From Prorocentrum cordatum (Eukaryota), in assembly GCA_963575745.1 (NCBI GenBank), contig CAUYUJ010000131.1, positions 1 to 64,000 of the forward strand: a stretch of DNA of 64,000 nucleotides, given 5' to 3'. The stretch's first letter is position 1. Each line of letters starts with the position of its first letter. The notes under the pieces were generated by a model. That model did not search any database, was not told where the DNA came from, and saw nothing but the letters and a program-made list of their open reading frames with translations. Made by a program: the position numbers and the translations under genes. This document shows positions 24,206 through 36,356 of this stretch, piece by piece.

Positions 24206-26560
24206 ATCGTCGTCATCGTCGTCGTCGCCGCCGCCGCCGCCGCCGGCGTCGTCGCCGCCGCAGCCGTCATCGTCGTCGTGGTCGTCGTCGTCGCCGTCGT
24301 CGTACTCGTCGCCGTCGCCGTCGTCGTCGTCGTCGTCGTCGTCGTCCTCGTCCTCGTCGTCTCTGGGACCATACCATCTGGGGGGGGGCCCGAGGAATAC
24401 TGGGACCATACCATCTGGGGGGGGGGGGGGGCCCGTGGGCCCGGAGCCCGGGATCATATACAACCAGAACGCGACTCCGACGCCGAACCAGCCGCCACCG
24501 CCGCCTGGACAACCCCCAGGCAGAGCCCCATTACAAACAACTACAACGACGCAGGGGCCCAAACGACACGTCCGCAACCCATTGGCCCCACCAATGTACA
24601 ACCAAGGGGACACCCGACGACCCTACCCATCCCGCAACGCGAAGCTGCCACCAGGCTGGACTGCGCACGCTGACACAAACAGAAGCCTCGCGTACCACCA
24701 CAACCTGCAGACAGGCACCACGAAGTGGAAGTTCCCAGGCGACGTCAACTACGATCCATGCTGCACCCGGCAGCTAACCGACCAGAACGTCAAGGCCTTC
24801 AGCATCAACAAGGACGGCTGCTTCTACTACAGCCTCAGGCCGATACTCCCTCCATCCCTAAACGACCACCCTCCCATGCCAGAGTTCCCAGTCAAACGAG
24901 AGAAGGCCGACAAAGCCATGACACAAGCCATCCACGACCTACCCGACAAGCTGCGGACCGAAAACCAACGGGAACCAGACGCACACGAATGGGTTGACCG
25001 AGCACATCTATGGTACAGCGATCTCGCAGGAGGCACTTTCTTCTCCCACCTCAAGGTCAACCAGGACCCCAGGCCATTCCTCATCCTCGGCAACAACATG
25101 CTCGTGGTCGCACCCATACGAGAGGGAGGCCCACACCCTCCACGCGCAAGCCACATCGTCCGCCGTATCAAGCAGCTGCGCGAGATGCACATCGATATAC
25201 CACCGACGCGAGAACCAGCCCCACAGGGAGAGACAACGCACAAGGAGGAAACCATGGTGTTGACCGCAATCAACAATACAGCCCACCTATCGGACAATGA
25301 TACACCTACGGGCAGTGGCGACAGAACCACTAGCACAACGCCAGTAATCACACCCTCACAAATGACTCCCAATCAAGACCACCGATCACTCCCTCAAAGC
25401 GGGCACATCGCAAGAACGAATCCAGTGAGATACAAAACCCCACCTACTTTGCCGACCGTCAGAAAAGAAACAGCAGAACAGTCCACTTGTATGATCGACT
25501 AACAAAGCAAGATCACACAGCAGGAGCACGATTCAGGGGAGCAACATGCCTATTACCGAATCCAGCAGCTCCGACCCGACGTTCAGCGACAGCACCTCAG
25601 CAGCAAACGGCAACCAACCACCTGCCATACAAATCGAAGCACTGAAGCCCACTGGATGGTTCCCCATCGCGACGATCACACACGAGAAGGCCAATCCCGA
25701 CACAAACACCTTCCCCATGGGAGCAACCATACGTCACCCGTACCACACAAAGCTTGAGGACTCCATCGCACACGGCACCATCACGGTGAACGAGGGCGAC
25801 GAGGTCACAATCCCGAGCACGTCCTACAACAGCAATAACGACCTATGGGCACGGGGCACCATGACTCAGACCAAGAACATCCGAAGTACCAAACAAGCCC
25901 TGTTATCAGATACCATCACCGAATACCACTCCCAACACAACGACATTTATGAGGAGCTCGACACCCTCACCACGATGGTAGGGGGGACATCATGTCAGGT
26001 ACAACCACGCCCTCGACATCCAGAAGGAAACCACCACGGCCAAAGACTCCGCGTCCAAATTCCTCGACAGCCTCACGAGCCCAGCAACCAACTACGCCCC
26101 TAACCACCGGCGATAGCCATCCCCGCCATCACCCACACAGGCCTGGACGGCCGAACGTGGTGCCAACGTTCCCGACGCCGTCACAACACAACCTACCATG
26201 CCCTTCCAACCTTCCGGTCGACGCTCCAACCGACCTCTCCCACTCACACTCTGAATCTCTACACGACTCCCATGACTCGACCTTCTCCGAGCGAACCAGG
26301 ATCACCCCACCTGGACGCCACTACACTAAAGCCATGCCTCAGGGTCGGACCGACCTCACAGCGGCTGACCGTACTATCCCGTCATCTTCGAATGCGCCCA
26401 CCTACTCATCTCCCTCACATGCGGCAGTGTGCGGACAAATGGCGGCAATACCTTGGATACAGCGCCTACTTCCATTGCACCGCCTACAGGGACCTGGTCC
26501 CACCTTGCCCCCCCACAACCTTCACCACCTTCCTGGCCCTCGTGCCTCGTCCTGCTAACC
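22031..26560 (+). pseudogene. Decayed multidomain ORF: 2H-phosphoesterase-like HxT pair, Pro-rich tract, WW domain, SH3-like segment
   Basis: RHHITIAYP (HITIAY 22522-22539), GRHHITSQ (HIT 23114-23122), QPPPPPPGQPP, LPPGWTAHADTNRSLAYHHNLQTGTTKWKFP (24645-24737), TGWFP...ATIRHPY...ITVNEGDEVTI...LWARGT (25654-25860); several stops and frameshifts; 3' end uncertain. Confidence 0.6.
23896..24456. mobile_element. MITE with TIRs and TATA (or TA) target duplication, containing a (GTC)n microsatellite
   Basis: TATA|TGGTCCAGGGCTTGGGCCC ... GGGCCCGGAGCCCGGGATCA|TATA; removing the element plus one TATA restores the frame MPIASQPIYNQNATPTPNQPPPPPP. Confidence 0.85.
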
Positions 26561-27631
26561 TAACCCCCCCTACCCCCCCCCCCTGCATGCATGTGGAGTC
26601 GGGAGGGCGGGGATGCCATGGGGGGGGGCTGGGGGGAGGGACGTTCTGCGGCGCGCTCTGACCCACGCACCCACCAGCGTCTAGGCTTCAGATCGCACTG
26701 CCATGTCTACCAGTACCTCTTCTTTTTCACCTGTTCTGTCTCCATGTCACCGCAGTCCGCCCCCCGAGGCTTTCCCCGTCCATAGCCAACTCCGTGGACC
26801 AAGGCCCTTAGGCAACCCGTTGGGTAGACCTTTTACAGAAGGTTCGACTGGACCTCCCCCCACTTCAAAAGAGCGACCCTACTGCTGGGACCTCCAAAAG
26901 AGCTTGCCACTGCGGCCCTCTGCCTCCACCCTAAGAGCATGCCAACCGCAGCTTACCAGCCGACCCAGTTAGGCACCAGGACCTCCACTTCCTCTTTCAT
27001 GCTTCCCCACCCTCACGTCCAGGTGCCATTGCCCATCGTTTCTGCTCGACCTCACGTCCTCCGACCGCAGTCGCCGCTGTTCCCCGACCGTCGCTGTGCC
27101 CACGGTCATCCCACCTTCCCCTTCTGTACGTTCCCTCCTTACCTCCTCCGCGACCAGGCGCACGGAACTAATACCGCCTCCAGCGTCACGCCTTCGCTTT
27201 CGAGCCCGCGTACCCACCTACCCACCCACCTCCGCCGTTCCTCGCTCCTCTCCTTATACACCTTTTTTGTTTTCGTCCTTCCCCTTTCCTGTTCCTCGCG
27301 CCACGGCGACCAAACCACCCCAAGGGCCTAGAGGCGAACCCCCTTCTCTCTCCTTCTCTCTTCCTTTCCCCCTCCCTCTCTTTGCCTCGCTCTTCCGCTT
27401 CTGCCTCTAGGGGCTTGCCTTCTCGCCCTTGGGGTACGTTGGCCCTCCGTCTGTGCTGTTTTACATCAGGCGCCTCCCACTTCCCCCCCCCTCATTGTTA
27501 GTGATCGGTTGCTCTCTATATTATTATAACCTTTTCCCTAATGAGCCCCCCCTCCCTCACTGGGTTTTGCCAGGTGGGAGGGGCTGGACAGGTTTGCATG
27601 GCGACAGACTTTTCGATCGCCATTAGCCGCA

Positions 27632-27738
27632 GCAGGAGGAAGAGGAGGAGGAGGAGGAGGAGGAGGAGGAGGAGAAGGAGGGAGAGGAGGAGGAGGAGGA
27701 GGAGGAGAAGAAGAAGAAGAAGGGCGAGGAGGAGAAGA

Positions 27739-27769
<31 letters not shown>

Positions 27770-27812
27770 AGAGCAGGAGGAGCAGGAGGAGGACGCGTGG
27801 AGGCCACGCGCT

Positions 27813-27852
<40 letters not shown>
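27632..27852. repeat. (GAG/AAG)n and (CA)n microsatellites
   Basis: Directly visible. Confidence 0.95.
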
Positions 27853-27854
<2 letters not shown>

Positions 27855-28454
27855 TGCGGGGGGGGGATGGGGGCCGCGCGTCCGGCCATGCGAGGGCCGA
27901 GCGCTGTGGGGGGGCATGCGGCCACGTGCGTGATCCAACGCTCGCCTCAGGCCTGCCACGTCATGTCTGCGTACCCAGACCCCCTCGCGCTGTGGAAAAA
28001 AACACGACGGAATGTTCGTCGCGATGTTTGGTCTCGGGGGGCACTCACCAGCCCTCGGGAGCGTCACAAAATGATTCAGAATGAAAAAAAACAGTCCTGG
28101 GGAATGGGTCGAGACCTCTGAGGGTCGACGTCATGAAAAAAACATAACGTCGGGGGTTTTTGGTATCTGGCTTCCTGGCACGAGGGGATGATCGAGGCAA
28201 AGAAAAACAGCAGACAAGCACTGGGCGGGGCGGAGGGTCCCAAGTCTTGTCGGGCCGCGACCACGCCACGACAGCGCTCACGGACGAACTTCTTGTATCA
28301 CACCTGGAGAAAGAGGAAGCGGGCGAGGCTGCCACTACTCAGCACTTCAGAGAAGCAACAGGCACTGATCAAATCAAACAGAAGGGAAATGGAGCGCACA
28401 GGCAGCAGAAGGATCGGAGGAAGCGGCGGTCACAAATAGGACGTGAATCGGGCG

Positions 28455-28607
28455 AAGAGAAGGGTGCACATGCACCGATCCTGGTCAGGCTTATCCTGGG
28501 CCCGGGATCGGGGCATAGGCTTTCCTGGCCAAGGCAGGAGGTCGTATGCACAGATCCTGGGCTCAGGATGGGCCTGGCCAGAATCGGTGCATGCGCATAC
28601 TTCTCTT
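28455..28607. mobile_element. Fold-back element (~70-bp arms, very short loop)
   Basis: AAGAGAAGGGTGCACATGCACCGATCCTGGTCAGGC... pairs with ...GCCTGGCCAGAATCGGTGCATGCGCATACTTCTCTT. Confidence 0.75.
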
Positions 28608-29099
28608 TCCTCGAGTGAAGAGAGGCACACCGAGAGGGGAGAGGAGGGAGATAGAGGGGGAGGGAGGAGGACCGCACATCCCACGATGAGCAACTTCGCC
28701 AAACGGCGGATGGTTCAGTCCATTTGGTGATTATCGCACTTCTTGTCTGTGGAGTTATCATGGTGTGCTCGTCGCTGGTGCTGCGGACGCAGTTCATGAA
28801 GCCAAACGACGCAATCTCGGTGAAGAGCACAAGCCATGAAGTGGCGGGCGGTCAACGCTGGCCTCCCGGACTCGCCGGCCGCACTGGGCGTACCCTCGCG
28901 CTTTGTCCGGCAGGTTCTCGCGGCCTGGTGCGGCAGTGCCACCTGCTCAAACTTCGCGGAGCCGGCAATCCTGGGCAAGACGCTCCGCCGCACAGGGCTC
29001 AGAATTTGTTCGTCGGCACGCATGAGACCTGCGCTCGGCCTGCGTCGTAGCGCTACGAAGCGTAGGCTATGGCATATTGACTAATCTGGATTGGCTGAC

Positions 29100-29131
<32 letters not shown>

Positions 29132-30002
29132 CGACGACGACGACAGCGGCGACGACGGCGAACTCATTGTGAACACGCTCGCCACGGAGAGCTTGTCCTC
29201 CCGAAGTGTCAAAGCGATCAGTGCGCGCGAAAGGATGCACGCCTGTGCAGCGATGCTGGCACGCGAGGGGGCAAGACCACGGACGCAGGGGAAGCGGTGG
29301 TGCGCGAGTCGGGGGAGGCACGAGGCTTAGGGGCCACACTTTCGCCTGCGGGCAGCGAAGGAAACTCCACGGGTTGGATGCTGATGGCGGGTCGCGCCAA
29401 AGACGAGCTGCACCCATGAAAGAGCCAGGAGGCGGGAGGAGGGGCATCGTCGGCGCCACAAGGTGCGGCAAGTATGAAGCAAACCCACGTATGGTGCGCC
29501 TGGCCCGTTGACCGACGCATACCCTTGTTTGATTCGAGCTCCGCCCTCCTGTGATCCCGAAGTGCCTCGCAGGACGCCAGGAATTGACCACCCTGCTATC
29601 CGGAGGGTGGTCAACCTCGCCGGCTGTGGGTTCTAGTTGGCAAATTGTACCTCCACCGTGCCCACACTGCGTGCAGAATTCCGTCAGGAACACGGCCTGG
29701 CCATACGGCTCGTCCGACGCTCCCGCCCCACACGCCATCCGAACGAGAAACGTGGGCCTCTCAGCGGCGCCCTCACACTCACCGTAGCTACCGCTCCCCA
29801 TCGCGTCTGACTCATCCTTGCTGCGCTCCAACCCGTTGCCGCAGTTCTCCCACCGACCAAGAGGGTATCCATACCTCGGGATCGTCGCACCCACGGCAGC
29901 GGATGTCACTTGCAGTGTTTGCCGGCGCCTCGTCCTCCTCCTCCTCCTCCTCCTCCAACTCCTCCTCTTCCTCCCCCTCCTCCTCCTCCTCCTACTCCTC
30001 CT

Positions 30003-30709
30003 CCATTCTTTCTCCTTATAAATAAATTCTCCCTGTCGCACCCCGTAGCCAGTTTCTAGGGCGGGCCGGGCGTTTCGCCTGAGATTTCCTCACCACTTAT
30101 GACCCTGAAGCTAAAAATTGACAACAGTTTCCCAGATGGAGGGCGGGTGGATTTCGGAATGTGGCTCTCGCCTCAGCGCCGCGCACATTCGTTTTAAAGG
30201 TTGTAAGAGTTTCACGGGTTGAGGGCGCGTCGTTTTCAAAATGTGGCTCTCGCCTGAGCGCCGCGCACATACGTTGTAACAATTAGCAAAAGTTTCACGT
30301 ATTGAGAGCGGTTCCTTTTCAACATGTGGCTCTCGCCTTAGCGCCGCGCACATTTGTTTCTATAATTCGACATAGTTTCACGGATCCCATGATCAACAAA
30401 CCAGAAATGGTGCTTGGGAAAGATTCTAGATTATGAGGGTGCAACAGTTACGCTGGTTCGCGGTGTGGAAGTCACAGTCATGAAGTTCTGGCACAATTCA
30501 AGATCGTTAAGACGCAAACAGTCAGGTTAATCCGTGGCGTTGAAATCCCGAGAACAATGCGTTGGCATGCTTCAGGGTCTTCAAATGGTTGTCTTCCAAC
30601 GGAGCAGTTCCCCCAGTGGAAATCAACCGTTGTAGGGGCCTATGAAGAGGAAGCTTGGAGGGAGGGTTTATTCCAACATCATTGATGACTCTTGGGTTTC
30701 CACTGGTCC
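30003..30709 (+). mobile_element. R83 element copy 2 (three internal units)
   Basis: Same leader, unit and tail as 1500-2442; ends CACTGGTCC into a CTC-like tract. Confidence 0.88.
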
Positions 30710-31381
30710 TCCTTCTCCTTCTCCTCCCCTCGCTGTCGTTCCCCCACACCCTCGGTTTTGGAGGCATACTTCTTCGCGTCAGCCTGCACGTACTTGGTAT
30801 TCAGGGTGTGGAAAATGTTGAACAGCAGCCCGTTCGAAATTTCTCCGGCGGCAGACCTGAATCGCGATAGCGTGATCGCCTTTATGGAGCTTGGTGGTCG
30901 ATCTCCTCTCCAGCAGCATGGAGCACACGAGGTCAAGTAAGGTCTCGTCAGGCGTCTCAAGGTCGCCGTCGTTAGGATCCTACTGGCCTTCTTCCCATAG
31001 GGCTGCCTCACTGTTTCAACCCCAGCCTTCACAAGAGCATTGGCTGGCCCACTTCCTCAGCCTGTGCATGTCCCCCCCCACCCACCCACCCCTGCGGCAG
31101 CTCTGCAGACTCCGCTGCCCCCGCCGCGGCCCTCGAGCTTCGAGCCGCGGGGGGGGTGCTGCAGAGAGCTGCGCACGCTTCTGCTCGAGCGGCGTCTTGG
31201 CCAGCCCGCTGGAGCAGCGGAGGGGGCGACTGCAGCCCCTGCTCCTCGCCTGCCCCCGCCCCCCCCATGTGCCTTCCAGCCCTGCACGCCCCCCGCCAGC
31301 CTTGCCCCGCCAGCCCTGGCCTCCCGCCTGCGCCCTCGCCCTCGTCTGCTCCCTTGTCGCTCCCCATCTCTCCGCCTCTCT

Positions 31382-31538
31382 TAGGGGGCCGCATGCGAGC
31401 CCTACCCCCACCCCCCCAATGATTTCCAAGGGGGGAGGGCGGGGTTCCCCTCGTGCGGGAGCTCCCGAGCGAAGTGAACCCCGCCCTCCCCCTCGGAAAT
31501 CGTGGGGGGTAGGGGTAGGGCTCGCGTGTGGCCCCCTA
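31382..31538. mobile_element. Palindromic MITE flanked by TA
   Basis: TA-GGGGGCCGCATGCGAGCCCTACCCC...GGGGTAGGGCTCGCGTGTGGCCCCC-TA; arms ~70 bp with central GGGAGCTCCC. Confidence 0.8.
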
Positions 31539-31627
<89 letters not shown>

Positions 31628-31844
31628 CTCTCTCTCTCTCTCTCTCTCCCTTCGGCTACACGCAAGAGCGGCCCCTCGCAGGAGCGACCTCCCGTGCGCG
31701 CCCCTCGGGGCGCCGCGGGGGAGGCCGCACCCCGGAGCGCGCAGGCCGCTGGGCACCGCCTCGCGCCGCACTGTGGCCTCTGGTGCGGGCACGCCGGGGC
31801 ACCCCTGCGAAAGGTCACTCTCCCGTGTAGCGCCGATCTCTCTG

Positions 31845-32010
31845 ACTACCTACCAGGCCACCCCAACCCAACCCGAAGACCCGAATTTCGGGTTGGGGGG
31901 GGTACGGGTTCCATGTGTGTTTTCTCGATGTTTCCCGACCCCCCCCCCAACTGGAAATCGAGGGTCAATCTGAGCCTTCGGGTTGGGTTGGGGTGGTGTG
32001 GTGGGTGGTG
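31845..32010. mobile_element. MITE-like element with ~33-bp TIRs in a (CT)n context
   Basis: ACTACCTACCAGGCCACCCCAACCCAACCCGAAG ... CTTCGGGTTGGGTTGGGGTGGTGTGGTGGGTGGT. Confidence 0.72.
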
Positions 32011-32302
32011 ACTCTCCCCCTCTCTCCCTCCCTCTCCCTCTCTCTCTCGCTTTCTCTCGCTTTCTCTGGTACGACTCTCGGTGCCTCTCGACGTCCGTTC
32101 TATAGCTCCAGCGCTTTCGGGGCCCCGAGCCGCGCCCGCCGGGCCTCGGAGCGGCGGACGGCGCCGTCGTTGCCGCTTGCGGCGGGGAGGCTCTCTCCGT
32201 CTCTCTCTCGCTCTCTCGGCCCCAGCCGGGCAGCACCACCTGCGCATGGAGAGCCCGCCCCGCGCGGGGCGCGGGGCGAGGGGCCGCCTCAGGAAGAGCT
32301 CC

Positions 32303-32586
32303 AGGAGGAGGAGGAGGAGGAGGAGGAGGAGGAGGAGCAGAAGGAGAAGAAGAAGAAGAACGAGGAGGAGGAGGAGGAGGAGGAGGAGGAGGAGGGGGAG
32401 AGGAGGGGGGAGGAGGAGGAGGAGGAGGAGGAGGAGCAGAAGGAGAAGGAGGAGCAGAAGGAGAAGAAGAAGAAGAAGAAGAAGAAGAACGAGGAGGAGG
32501 AGGAGGAGGAGGAGGAGAAGGAGGAGGAGCAGAAGGAGAAGGAGAAGAAGAAGAAGAACGAGGAGGAGGAGGAGGAGGAGGAGGAG
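32303..32586. repeat. (GAG/AAG)n microsatellite
   Basis: Directly visible. Confidence 0.95.
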
Positions 32587-33499
32587 TGGTTTGTGCGGGA
32601 GCCGCGCCGAGCACATCCAGAACGGCGCACCGGTCAGCCTGCAAAGGGGGCGAGCCCTGGAGCCCGGCTTGCTCCACGTCTTCTTACGGTGGGCTGGGCG
32701 GTCGGCAGAAGCGAAACGGCGTCACGTCACGGTCGCCCGCGGCCTGGGCTGCCTTTGCTCCCTCGTCTTGGCTTTCTCAGGAAGGAGCCCATCCTATGAT
32801 TCACTCTGGAAGCCGAAGCGGCTTAGACCGTCTGGCGAGTCCACGACTCGCTCCTCACGCTGGAGGAAAAGCAGCAGCAGCAGGAGAAGACAGAGGAGGA
32901 GCGACCTGGAAAAAGAATGGGAGAGATGATGGCCACGACGAGGTGGCAAAAAGACAACGAGGGAGGTGACGGAGAAACGGGGGGGATAAAGAGAGAGAGA
33001 GAGAGATAAACCAAACAAAAAAAACGGCAACTGATGCGCACAGTGTGTGTGTGTAAGCCCTGGCCTCGAGTTGAGAGCTCTCCTCAGTTTCTGGCCGCTG
33101 CACGTTTCGTTTGGGCTTACAGCTCCCTCTTTCACACTACGTACCTGTTGCTGCACGTTTCAGGGTGCGACGCTTCGTAGACTGTGCCTTCGGCAATGCT
33201 CGATCGCGATTAGCACTTCCATCTGCTGCCCGCGCTTGAGGACCCTCTGCGCCGCCGACTCACAAGTGTGTGTCCTGGCGACCGGCGGGCCAGCGGCCGT
33301 TACGCCCACCCCTACGGCCGGGGCGCCAGCATGCGAAGCAAGGGACGAACAGACGACCCTTGGCGCACGACGAGGCGCGCGACAGAAGAAGGGGATCCGA
33401 AACACCGAGCGACACGCATATTTTTCCCCCTCGGCGGCGAGGCGGAGGCGATCCGCACCAGCGTCGGGCTAATCGGGGGCACCGCTAGTTGGCGGCGCG

Positions 33500-33612
33500 G
33501 AGGGGAGAGGGCTTCTTAGAAGGAGGCTGCTTCTTAGAAGGCGCCGGCCTCACATCTGTAGAGAAGGCCCGCGCCTTCCAAGAAGCAGGGGTGCTTCTAA
33601 GAAGACCTCCCC
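33500..33612. repeat. Fold-back built from nested CTTCTTAGAAG palindromes
   Basis: GGGGAGAGGGCTTCTTAGAAGGAGGCTGCTTCTTAGAAGGCGCCGGCCT ... AGGCCCGCGCCTTCCAAGAAGCAGGGGTGCTTCTAAGAAGACCTCCCC. Confidence 0.7.
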
Positions 33613-34184
33613 CCTCCCCCCTCCCCCCTCTGCGCGTGGCTGAGCTAAGCATACTGTCCAGAGCGCAAGAGAACGAGAGGGACCCCGAGCGACACGCGGG
33701 CGCCACCCGAAGGATCTGCCGCGGGCACGCGCCCACCCCGGGGGGGGCCGCAGGCGAGGCGACCCGGGGGCTTGCATCAGGTCGGGCATGTCATCCTGCG
33801 GGCGGATTGAGAGAACAAAAAAAAACTGCTCAAACATTGTCATAAGGAGTCGAGCACTCGTCCCCAGACGATGTCTGGCCATTCTGGATCCATCCTCCTG
33901 TAGAGGGATGCGCCCGACGTGAGGCCTGCAGTCCGAGGCGGCAGCGCCTCCGGGCGGCGGCCGCGGCGAGGCGCCTGCCCGGAGGGCGCGGCGGCCCCCC
34001 TCCCGGCACGGTGTTTACGCCCCGATGCGGAGGGCGGTGGCGAGGCGCGGCGAGGCGAGCCGCGCCGCTGTGACGGCACGCGCGGCGGCCACGCGGCGGC
34101 ACCGGGGCGCCGGCGGCCCGATGCCCGGCTCGACGCGCCACGGCACACGGCCGCGTGCGCGGCGAGGGGCTGCTTGAGAGTGGC

Positions 34185-34304
34185 GAGAGGAGAGGGGGAG
34201 ACAGGAAGGGAGAGCGAGAGCGTGAGAGGGAGGGAGATGGGAGAGGATACACATATATATATACATATATATATGTGTGAATATGAACAGATGTATATGT
34301 GTGT

Positions 34305-34343
<39 letters not shown>

Positions 34344-34925
34344 CATACATACATACATACATACAGCGATGTACATCTATCCGAAGAAAGAGATGGAGAA
34401 AGATACAGGGGGAGCAAGAGAGAGAGAGAGACAGGGGGAGAACGAGAGAGAGAGAGATAGGATGTGTGAGGATATGTGCATAAATGCATGCACGTATACA
34501 TCTATGTGGATATATGGAGAGTATGGGGAGAGACAAAAGGGAGTGTGTTTATGTGACAGGAGGGAAAGAGAGAAAGAGTGAGAGATAGGCCAACAAAACT
34601 TACAAACCAAAAAGAGAAAGAGAGAGAGAGAGAGAGAAAGATGGAGAGAAATGGAGATACTATAGAGAAAAGGCACACCAAATAAGGTAGGGAAGAAAAT
34701 ATAGAGAAGAGAAGAGAGCAAGAGAGAGAAGAGAAAGATATCTGGAAAAGAAGCGAGAGAGAGAACAAAAAAAGACTGAGGGAGAAATAGAGAGTCAGTG
34801 AGGTCAGGGAGACTGAGAGAGGGAAAGATGGAGAGAGAGGGATAAGAAGACGATTCACAACGATGAGGAAGGCTGGAGGAACTCGTGAGAAGAGAAACCG
34901 AGAGCGGAGAACAGAGAGACTGAGA
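34185..34925. repeat. (TA)n/(TACA)n/(GA)n low-complexity block
   Basis: Directly visible. Confidence 0.9.
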
Positions 34926-35579
34926 TAAGCTGGACGCAGTGCTCCCATGGTGCATGCTTTTCTGCTGCTGCCGCTGCTTGGCCCACTGATGCCCATGCTG
35001 GCTGGGTGGCCAGCTTGATCGCTCGCTCGCCATGGGCCTAATCGGTGCAGTTGCATGGTTGCTGCAGGGTGTTTGTACGTATGACGGTTTACCTTTTCTG
35101 CTTCATTGTTCACCTGGATGCTGCAAGTGCATATACAGGCATAAAGATACATTGATATACATATATATATATATATATAAATATGTAGTATTATAGATAT
35201 GGAGTTCCGAAAGGAGCTTTGCCTTCGAGGATTCGAAGAGTTGTTATCTCGTCCTCGGCGGAAGGCGGCGAAGGGCGGCGGAAGCTCGGCGAAGACCGGC
35301 GGAAATAAAAGATGCGCCCCGAAAGATGAAAACGTTGTTGGTTCAGGGTTTCCAAAAACGCCCATGTGACTATCTATATATATATGTATATGTATTCCCT
35401 CGTGTCGTTCCTTGCTGCTGCTTGCCTTAGCACTCCTCACGTACCCCTTCTCCTTGCTTCCTCTTCCTCTTCCCTTCTTCCACACTCCTCCTCACCTCAT
35501 TCTCCTGGCAGCCCCCCGTCATCCTCCCTCCTGCTTCCCTTCATCTTTACCCTCCTTCTTTCTCGTCTTACTCGAACTC

Positions 35580-36240
35580 CTTTTCCTCCTCCTCCTCCTC
35601 CTCCTCATCCTCCTCCTCATTCTCCTCCTCCTCTTTCTCCTCCTCCTCCTCCTCCTCCTCCTCCTCCTCCTCCTCCTCCTCCTCCTCCGCCTCACTTCCC
35701 CTCTCTTTCCATCCTCCCATTCCCCTCTTCAGTTTCCTCCTTGTCGTCCCCCCTCCCTCCTTCCGCCACTCTCCCTCTCTTCCGTCTCTCCTTCGCTCGC
35801 TCAAGGTGGTCGCGACACCTATTGCCACGGCGCACCCCCTCCCCCGCCAGGCCACGCGGACGGAGGCCCCAATCACCGCCTGCGGCTGACACTAACCGGG
35901 AGGAGCAGGAGGAGGAGGTGGAGGAGGAGGAGGAGGAGCAGGAGGAGGAGGGGGAGAAGGAGGAGAAGGAGGAGAAGGAGGAGGAGGAGGGGGAGGAGGA
36001 GGAGGAGGAGGAGGAGGGGGGGAGGAGGTGGAGGAGGTGGAGGTGGAGGAGCAGCAGGAGAAGGAGCAGGGTCAAGTCTGTTCCCCGCCGAAAGAAACAG
36101 GGAGCGGCAGCATCAAAACCAAAGACCCTCCGAAGTCAGTTGCCGCCTGCGGTCGCATCCTCTCTATGGCACGACGCCCAAACTCCACTCCCCGTCTTGC
36201 CTCCCACTCAATCCGTGCCTCCTCCTCCTCCTCCTCCTCC

Positions 36241-36300
<60 letters not shown>

Positions 36301-36320
36301 CCATCATCACCATGATCATC

Positions 36321-36356
<36 letters not shown>

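Noticed and set aside
12481..27645. AGGAGGAAGAG at ~12493 and ~27634 as a TSD defining a 15-kb element
   Set aside because: Low-complexity GAG sequence is ubiquitous here, so the match is uninformative.
28700..31070. Short complex islands (28700-29090, 29160-29920, 30740-31070) as host exons
   Set aside because: No recognisable protein similarity or confident splice sites by eye; needs RNA-seq or BLASTX. The same holds for 6670-7080, 57200-57530 and 62200-63430.
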